Shown one piece after another: positions 57,681 through 64,000 of a DNA stretch of 64,000 nt. The notes under the pieces are model-generated. The model made no database searches, was not told the DNA's origin, and saw nothing but the letters and a program-made list of their open reading frames with translations. The translations under genes and the position numbers were made by a program. The stretch comes from Deltaproteobacteria bacterium (GTDB lineage Bacteria; Desulfobacterota; Binatia; HRBIN30; CADEER01). The stretch lies in contig JAJCZJ010000087.1 of NCBI GenBank assembly GCA_029262455.1, positions 11,135 through 75,134 on the forward strand, read 5' to 3'. Positions within the stretch are counted from its first letter, which is position 1. Every line of letters begins with the position of its first letter.

Positions 57681-58937
57681 GTGGAATGGGCACCCGAAAT
57701 CCTCTCGGTAAACGACCGGCTGCTCTTGCTCGCCGTTTGCGACTCGGAATCCAGGGGCGAAGATGCAGCGACACTGCTTTCCCAGGAGCAAGTCGACTGG
57801 GAGCAACTGGGCCGGGATTCGGGAGGAAATCGTTGCGACTCGTTCGTCGCTGAGCTGCTCTCTCACCCCTCACTGCGATCTCATCTGGAGCCGGAGCGCG
57901 CAGCCGACTGGCGCGCGCGAGGAATGCTCAGCGTCTTCCGGATGGAAACGGCTCTCATGCGAGTCCGCGATCTGGGCAAAGCGTTTCACGCTGCAGGCAT
58001 CAGCATGTTGGCCTACAAGGGCGTAGACTTTCAGCTTCGATGTTACTCGAGTGAGCGGCCGCGCGGGTTTGGCGATATCGATATCCTCGTGGCCCCAAGC
58101 GACGCGGAACGAGCCGCCGCTTGCCTCGCTGCCGCGGGCTACCATCACGTCGATCGGCAGAAGCCGCTCGCCTACTACCGCAACTTTCACCTCCACGCCG
58201 TCTATCGGCACCCGCGCCAGCCTTGGCCGGTCGAGCTGCACTGGGCGCTCGACAGCCCATTCGCAGCCGGACTCGATCCCACGGCCCTCATCCTGCGCGC
58301 AGCCCGTTCGAGTGCCGAACTCGGTCCTTCCGTTCTACGCGCGAGCCCAATCGATGCACTGGCTCTGATGTGTATCCATCTCGACAAGCATCTAGGTCAT
58401 GCAGCTTGGCTGCCTGGCGCGAGCGTTCGACTCAAAGCAGTGCTCATCGAGTCGGGGCTCATCTGGCTGGTGGACATCGTTCGGTGGTTACAGCAACACT
58501 CCGCGCCTTATTCCCCCGACCAGATCGTCGAGCGGATGCGACAGCTCGGCGCCGAGCAGTCGTATATTGTTGCCCTGCGACTCGCCAGTGATCTCGAGCC
58601 GAAGACGCTGCCAACCTGGGTTGCGCAGCAGACTGCACGCATGCCGCGGCGCATACCGTTGATCGTACGACTGATTTATCCCGACCTCGCTCGTCGGCGG
58701 GCCGTCGACGGCGCAGCCGAGAAACGACGCATGCGACTACTGACCATGTCTCAACTCGGTGGGTTTCGACCACTTCGACTGCTGCAGTTTTTACTGCCGG
58801 CTGCACGTATCCCGCTCACACCGAGAACGCCGATCGCAGCTCGCGTCGTCGGTGCCGCCCGACGCGGCGGCCTTCTTCTTGCCAACACGTTGGCGCTCGC
58901 CCAAGCCACAGTGCGAGAGCGTTGGGGCCGACGGTAG
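57681..58937 (+). CDS. Nucleotidyltransferase family protein (NTP_transf_5-like)
   Basis: LAYKGVDFQLRCYSSERPRGFGDIDILVAPSDAERAAACL has a G-x-G...DxD pol-beta-type motif. The GTG start abuts the PqqD stop. Confidence 0.7.
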   Translation: MEWAPEILSVNDRLLLLAVCDSESRGEDAATLLSQEQVDWEQLGRDSGGNRCDSFVAELLSHPSLRSHLEPERAADWRARGMLSVFRMETALMRVRDLGKAFHAAGISMLAYKGVDFQLRCYSSERPRGFGDIDILVAPSDAERAAACLAAAGYHHVDRQKPLAYYRNFHLHAVYRHPRQPWPVELHWALDSPFAAGLDPTALILRAARSSAELGPSVLRASPIDALALMCIHLDKHLGHAAWLPGASVRLKAVLIESGLIWLVDIVRWLQQHSAPYSPDQIVERMRQLGAEQSYIVALRLASDLEPKTLPTWVAQQTARMPRRIPLIVRLIYPDLARRRAVDGAAEKRRMRLLTMSQLGGFRPLRLLQFLLPAARIPLTPRTPIAARVVGAARRGGLLLANTLALAQATVRERWGRR

Positions 58938-58982
58938 CCGAACGACCTCGCGCTCTTCCCCTTTTGTCGGTCGGCCCAACTC

Positions 58983-59003
58983 GTCTCGACATAGCCTCGA
59001 GAC
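58983..59003. terminator. Hairpin between the convergent NTase and GT-C genes
   Basis: gtctcga-N7-tcgagac, a perfect 7-bp stem without a U-tract. Confidence 0.35.
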
Positions 59004-59011
59004 CACTCCGC

Positions 59012-60514
59012 TCAATCCAGGAAGGGCTGGTAGTACAAGGGGATCAGCTGCGCGAACCACACGTATAGGTTGATCCCGATCATCGAGCATACGACCGCGT
59101 GCGGCAGATACCGTGCCGAGTGGGGCCCGAGCAGCAGGGACCACCCGGCTGTCCCGAGCAGACCGAGCGCACCAATCGAGGGAAACAGGTACCGGCCGTT
59201 GTAGCGACCGGACGCGAGCCCATTCTTCACCATGGCCAGGAACGCGAGAGCTGCCACGAGCCAAACGACTCTCCAACATCTGGAGCCACCTGGCGCGGCC
59301 CGTACATGTCTGCTCGACGACTGGTGGCCGAGCCACATCCAGGCGAGCAGCATGCAGACTGCGATTCGAAGATCGAGCCAAGCAGCAAACAACACCAGCA
59401 TCGCCTGTTCGACCGGCACAAGACCCCGGCGCCAGATGCCGTGCGATTCAGGGGCTTGAGCCAGGAGACGCAGGCTTGCGAACCAGCCGACACCCAGCAA
59501 GCCCGAGAGCAGCCAGGTCAGCGTCTTGGAGAATTCCGAAGATTGGGACCTGACGATGTCCCAGTAGCCCAGCGCGGCACGCCAGGCTTCCACGCGGGGC
59601 CCGCGATTTAGTCCCTGTGTGGAAAGAGCACGCGCGAGTGCGTTCTCCCATAAGGGCTGCGCGGCTTCCGAAGCGACGAGAGAAAACGCCAGGATTAGTC
59701 CCGTAGCGAGCACAGCTCCTGCGACCAGAAGAGCAGAGCGGCCTTTCAAGCACCACAGACGCCAGAACGCTGCCAGGAGGACGGCCAGCGCCATCGGCAA
59801 GACCGTCAACTTGACCAATACCGGAAGGCAGATTCCCGCTACCAGCATGAGCGCAGTCCGGCCGGTACCGACGCGTTCCACACCAATGCTGCTCAGAAGC
59901 CAGAAGAGATAGGCTCCGGCCAGGTGCGCGAGCGGGTCGTTGCTCACGATCGCATTGAAATGCAGGAAGCCGGGCGTCAGGCCAACTAGGGCCATCGTCG
60001 CCGGCGCTATCACAGTCGGCTCGGGGACGAAACGCAGAACCCCCTTGTAAATGAAATGGAGCGCCAAGCCCCCTAGGAGCAGATTGATCCAGCGCAGGAG
60101 ATGGGGTCCCAGTTCGAACTTGTAATTCTTCGCATTCCACAGAACGCGGGGGGCGCTCCCCCAGGGGGCCCTCTTGGGAAGCCGGTAGCCGCCCACAAGC
60201 GAGTGCCGCGACCACACCTCTATTTCACGCACCAGCTTCACGGGCCAGCCCGCTAGCCAATAGTACAATGGGGGCTGCCTCTGCTCCCAGTTCCGTGGCG
60301 ACATGTGCTGATCTAGGGCACGGCTCCGCACGACCAAGTAGTGCTGGCGCTCATCAACGGTATCCCAAAGAGGCCAGAGTACGCTGTACCCCACAGCGAA
60401 GAAAAAGTAGAGGCCCAAGATCAGGCGATACCAGTGCAAAGCGCTGCGCGGCGCGACCTCTTGCGGCTTCACACAAGTGCCCGGCGACACCGATCGGTTC
60501 TGCGATTTGTTCAT
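59012..60514 (-). CDS. GT-C-fold membrane glycosyltransferase (ArnT/PMT-like)
   Basis: 500 aa with about 12 TM helices. The first loop carries WDTVDERQHY, the DE motif typical of GT-C enzymes. Confidence 0.55.
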   Translation of the reverse strand: MNKSQNRSVSPGTCVKPQEVAPRSALHWYRLILGLYFFFAVGYSVLWPLWDTVDERQHYLVVRSRALDQHMSPRNWEQRQPPLYYWLAGWPVKLVREIEVWSRHSLVGGYRLPKRAPWGSAPRVLWNAKNYKFELGPHLLRWINLLLGGLALHFIYKGVLRFVPEPTVIAPATMALVGLTPGFLHFNAIVSNDPLAHLAGAYLFWLLSSIGVERVGTGRTALMLVAGICLPVLVKLTVLPMALAVLLAAFWRLWCLKGRSALLVAGAVLATGLILAFSLVASEAAQPLWENALARALSTQGLNRGPRVEAWRAALGYWDIVRSQSSEFSKTLTWLLSGLLGVGWFASLRLLAQAPESHGIWRRGLVPVEQAMLVLFAAWLDLRIAVCMLLAWMWLGHQSSSRHVRAAPGGSRCWRVVWLVAALAFLAMVKNGLASGRYNGRYLFPSIGALGLLGTAGWSLLLGPHSARYLPHAVVCSMIGINLYVWFAQLIPLYYQPFLD

Positions 60515-60653
60515 CGATGCCCGGACTCCAGCTTCGCGATGGGCGTTCTCGTGCCGCCTCTATTTAGTGCGCTACACGGCTCGCTCTGGCAAGGCTGTGG
60601 TCTCGCGCTACTGAGCTTCCGGAGCGGCGCTCCGGATGTAGCCAACCCCGATG

Positions 60654-60698
60654 GGGAGCATCCCGATTAGGGAGCATCCTGATAGGGAACATCCTGGA
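60654..60698. repeat. Three tandem 15-16-bp direct repeats upstream of the GT-C gene
   Basis: gggagcatcccgatta / gggagcatcctgata / gggaacatcctgga, lying 140-185 nt upstream of the start at 60514. Confidence 0.7.
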
Positions 60699-60829
60699 AT
60701 CCGTGACGCTGGGCGCTTCTAGTTGCGAGACCCGATCGTCTCTGGACGCCACTCGGGGGCGCAGTCATCCGAAGCAGAAAATCGGTTGCCTTGGACCGAG
60801 AGCGGTGATCGGCCGGTGATGCCCTGGCG

Positions 60830-61393
60830 TCAAGGGCACGAAGCTGAGTTGCAATTGCAATCGACTTTACCGGCTGAGCAAGTATGAACCGTGGTCGTCG
60901 TACCAGGGATCTTGAAGTCAATCCAAGTAGCGAGACGAAACGGACCCCTTCCCGGCTGAGGGACCGGGCAGTTGTTAGAGACCTCGTTGAGGATGGCGAG
61001 GGGTATTGGATCGCATAGCGGGTTCTCGAAACATGAGGGTTGATTCAGCACCACATTGGTCACGAGATTATGGATTGGACAGGAGACTCCGGGCCCCTCG
61101 AACGATTCCGCTACCCAAACGAAGTGGACATCGACATTCGGCTCACCCCCCGGAACCTTCCCCAAAACACAGAGCTCCGTGCCGGGCCCTAACGGGCACG
61201 GCGCAAGGTAGCATAACAGAGAATCTAGCGGCGGTGAACATTCTCCGGCAGCAGACGCGACTCCTCGAATCGAGGGTGCGAAGGTGAGACCTAGGGTCGC
61301 TCCTCCTATCAACGCGGTACGCCGCGTCACGGCTGCTGAGTCAGTCTCTGCAGCTTGTCGCGGGCGGTGAAGGGCGTTCTTCCGGTCAGACAT
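60830..61393 (-). CDS. Tat-signal Cys-rich secreted hypothetical protein
   Basis: TRRTALIGGATLGLTFAPSIRGVASAAG is a twin-arginine signal. The mature part has about 13 Cys, including a C-terminal CSAGKVDCNCNSASCP. Confidence 0.55.
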   Translation of the reverse strand: MSDRKNALHRPRQAAETDSAAVTRRTALIGGATLGLTFAPSIRGVASAAGECSPPLDSLLCYLAPCPLGPGTELCVLGKVPGGEPNVDVHFVWVAESFEGPGVSCPIHNLVTNVVLNQPSCFENPLCDPIPLAILNEVSNNCPVPQPGRGPFRLATWIDFKIPGTTTTVHTCSAGKVDCNCNSASCP

Positions 61394-61642
61394 GTTGCAC
61401 CTCCGATAAATCGATCGTGCGATAGGGGCTCATCAGGCGGCTCGGCGCAACCATCCAACGTCGTCTCGTGCCATGTCAAGCCCTAGTACCCCGACCGAAG
61501 TTTCGGCACAGACCCAACACATTCCTAAACAAGTCAGATTGCCGGCATTCAGAATTCACCAACACGCAGCGGCAGGCGCCTCCGTTGGGCTTTGATCCTC
61601 GTCGCCTTCCAATACAATCTGGAGACGGGCTAAGCTCGACGC

Positions 61643-62851
61643 ATGCCATACATCGAGAACCGAGTCGTCCACGACGCCGACGCGCACATCATGGAAACTC
61701 CGTACTGGCTGAGCGACTATGCTGATCCTTCCATCCGCAAGAAGATCGCTCCTCCGGTCTACGTCAACGAGTTGAAGCAAACTAATGACACCGGAACCTC
61801 CGCGTCGGACATCGAAGCAACTTTTGCTCGCATCGCCGCGAAACACGCTTCCGATGAGTATCGCACCGTCGAAGCTGCCGAGATCATGAACCGCAAGAAC
61901 TTCGCCGCCACCGGGGCGTTCCTTCGAGAAGATCGCGGCCGCGCCCTCGACCTCATCGGCGTCCGCAGCCAACTCGTCTTCAACACGTTTCACAACACCC
62001 GCTTGCACGATTGGGAACACACCGGCGATCTCGAGCTGGCTTACGGTGTCGCACGCGCACACAACCGCGGCATGATCGACTTCTGCGCTGCAGACGAACG
62101 CCTCCTGCCGACATGCTACGTCCCGCTCGCCGACTTCGATCTCGCCAAATCAATGGCTGTCGATTCGCTCGAAGCGGGAGCGGCTGCACTTCTCGTCGCA
62201 TCGGGCTGCCCAAAAGGACACTCGCCGAGCCATGTCGGCCTCGACCCGGTATGGGCGACCGCTCAAGAAGCCGGCATCCCCATCGTCTTCCATGTCGGCG
62301 GCACGGGCACGCTGATCGACCCAAACTACTTCAACAACGGACTTCCCATTCCTCCAGACTTTCACGGCGGCAATGAGAACTTTCGGTCCGTCGACTACAT
62401 GGGAATCCCGGGCCCGCCGATGCAAACCCTGGCGACGATGATCTTCGACGGGGTCCTCGAGCGCTTCCCAAGGCTGCGCATCGGCGTCATCGAGCAAGGC
62501 GCAATTTGGTTGCCGAGCTGGCTGCGGCAAATGGAATCCGCCGTGGAAGCGTTCGGACGACACGAAGAGCGGCTCGCCAAGCTATCGCTACGGCCCACTG
62601 AGTACGTCCAACGACAGGTTCGGGTCACGCCCTACCCAACCGAAGACGTCGGTTGGATCACGGAACATGTCGGCCCCGACATCTGCATGTTCTCAACCGA
62701 CTACCCCCACGTCGAGGGCGGAAGACGTCCGTTCGAACGATTCGAACGGAGCCTCGCCGACGCAACCGAACCTGTGCGCGAGAGTTTTTACGCCACGAAC
62801 TTCGTCGACCTGATGGGACAGGCCCTGCCCACCGCCGTCATGGCCTCGTAG
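61643..62851 (+). CDS. Amidohydrolase_2 (ACMSD-like metal-dependent hydrolase/decarboxylase) family protein
   Basis: N-terminal VHDADAHIME and C-terminal FSTDYPHVEG metal-ligand motifs. Confidence 0.8.
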   Translation: MPYIENRVVHDADAHIMETPYWLSDYADPSIRKKIAPPVYVNELKQTNDTGTSASDIEATFARIAAKHASDEYRTVEAAEIMNRKNFAATGAFLREDRGRALDLIGVRSQLVFNTFHNTRLHDWEHTGDLELAYGVARAHNRGMIDFCAADERLLPTCYVPLADFDLAKSMAVDSLEAGAAALLVASGCPKGHSPSHVGLDPVWATAQEAGIPIVFHVGGTGTLIDPNYFNNGLPIPPDFHGGNENFRSVDYMGIPGPPMQTLATMIFDGVLERFPRLRIGVIEQGAIWLPSWLRQMESAVEAFGRHEERLAKLSLRPTEYVQRQVRVTPYPTEDVGWITEHVGPDICMFSTDYPHVEGGRRPFERFERSLADATEPVRESFYATNFVDLMGQALPTAVMAS

Positions 62852-62901
62852 ATTTCGCGCCTTCAACCTGAAGATAGCACCTGCACATTAGGGGAACGAA
62901 G

Positions 62902-64000
62902 ATGCCTGACTATGACCTCGTCCTGCGCAACGGCACGATCTATGACGGCAACGGATCGGAGCCGATCGACGGTTCGATTGGGATCCGTGATGGCAAGATC
63001 GCTGCGGTCGGAGAGCTTCACGATGTCGACGACTTCACAGGACAGGAATCGATCGATTGCCACGGCATGGCAATCGCGCCCGGGTTCATTGATATGCACT
63101 CGCACAGCGATTGGGTCCTGCCGCAACCCGACCACGGCAAGACCCTGGCACCGCTACTCGAGCAGGGAATCACGACCTTGGTCGCAGGCAATTGCGGCTG
63201 CACGCCCGCGCCACTGACGCAGCTCAACGAGCGACTGGTCCCACGGCTCGGCCGACTCTTGCATGACGAAACGCTCGACTATCGCTGGCGCGACATGGGG
63301 GAGTTCCTCTCTCACCTAGAGTGCCAAGGTCTCGCCCTCAACTGTGCTCAACTGGTCGGGCACGGCTCCCTGCGCGCTGCGGTAAAAGGGATCGACTCCA
63401 GTCCCGCCGACGAGCAAGAACTCGCGGCAATGTCCGACCTGGCCCGCCAAGCACTCGACCAGGGAGCCATCGGCATCTCGACCGGCCTCGGCTACGCCCC
63501 CGGCATCTTTGCCGATCAACGCGAATTGATCGCTGTCACAGCGCCGCTGGCCGAACGCGGCGGCATCTACACCTCGCACGCGCGCAGCTACGTCGCTCTG
63601 ACGACAGGGCGAGACGACAGCGCCGACCCATCCAACGTATCGGCATTGGACGAAACCGCCGCGGTCTTCCGCGCTCACGGGGTCAAAGTACAACACTCTC
63701 ACCTGATCTTCGTCGGCGACACCACCTGGCCGACGACGGATCGCGCCCTCGAGCACTTCGAATCATTGATTGACGAGGGAGTCGACATCGCCTGCGACGC
63801 CTTCCCCTACGTTGGCGGCAACACCACCCTGATCGTCTTTCTCCCGGCTTGGGCCCTCGCCAATCCGCGCGCCGCCATCCAGGACCCAGTCAAACGAGAC
63901 AAACTCGCTACTTCGCTCCAGCGGATGCAGCACCTCTTCGGGATGCGTTGGGAAGACACACAGATCCTCTGGGTACCGGACAGCCGCTACCGATCCTACG
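62902..64000 (+). CDS. N-acyl-D-amino-acid deacylase (D-aminoacylase) family amidohydrolase, 3'-truncated by the window edge
   Basis: My own translation from the ATG at 62902 reads MPDYDLVLRNGTIYDGNGSEPIDGSIGIRDGKIAAVG...APGFIDMHSHSD...GITTLVAGNCG. The frame stays open to the window end. It is absent from the ORF track, presumably because no stop codon lies inside the window. Confidence 0.8.
   Translation, partial: MPDYDLVLRNGTIYDGNGSEPIDGSIGIRDGKIAAVGELHDVDDFTGQESIDCHGMAIAPGFIDMHSHSDWVLPQPDHGKTLAPLLEQGITTLVAGNCGCTPAPLTQLNERLVPRLGRLLHDETLDYRWRDMGEFLSHLECQGLALNCAQLVGHGSLRAAVKGIDSSPADEQELAAMSDLARQALDQGAIGISTGLGYAPGIFADQRELIAVTAPLAERGGIYTSHARSYVALTTGRDDSADPSNVSALDETAAVFRAHGVKVQHSHLIFVGDTTWPTTDRALEHFESLIDEGVDIACDAFPYVGGNTTLIVFLPAWALANPRAAIQDPVKRDKLATSLQRMQHLFGMRWEDTQILWVPDSRYRSY

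Overview
High-GC chromosomal segment of a Gram-negative-type, sigma54-using bacterium; the lineage cannot be assigned from sequence alone. There are no rRNA or tRNA genes, no CRISPR array and no intact IS or prophage. Left to right: (1) a REP-associated tyrosine transposase (RAYT) flanked by inverted REP-like palindromes, next to an alpha/beta-hydrolase remnant and metH. (2) An FG-GAP protein, an antitoxin remnant and two tandem DUF1111 di-haem paralogs. (3) A roughly 24-kb island (about 11.4-35.8 kb) packed with small general-stress-type genes: PRC-barrel, BON/OsmY-like, CsbD, YtxH, DUF883/ElaB-like, YqjE/holin-X-like, DUF1328, Pmp3/YqaE, DUF4112, hemerythrin, SRPBCC, SodC, SodB, an unannotated metallothionein, PLD+EEP, WS/DGAT, AI-2E, DUF2254 and BON-MscS. 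The island also holds two paralogous NtrC-type sigma54 activators, one of them in an HK-RR-bEBP operon. I find -24/-12 (GG-N10-GC) sigma54-type promoter candidates in front of most transcription units of this island. (4) A histidine kinase, a beta-propeller lipoprotein and a Cys-rich secreted protein, followed by an 820-bp stretch with no convincing gene. (5) A fatty-acid/CoA-type catabolic block: 2 crotonases, a TIGR03084-like protein, 2 acyl-CoA dehydrogenases and NMO. After it come ABC-F, monomeric IDH, and a TetR with a flavin monooxygenase and an extradiol dioxygenase. (6) A TetR divergent from a bacterial Coq4 homolog. (7) A translationally coupled triad of HPr-kinase-like P-loop kinase, stand-alone PqqD/RRE protein and NTP_transf_5-type nucleotidyltransferase, with no recognisable precursor, cyclase or protease. 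It sits beside a GT-C membrane glycosyltransferase and a Tat-signal Cys-rich protein. (8) Two amidohydrolases, the last one truncated by the window edge. The two most interesting items are the apparent sigma54-driven general-stress island and the orphan kinase/RRE/nucleotidyltransferase triad. All family calls come from motif recognition by eye; no database search was run.
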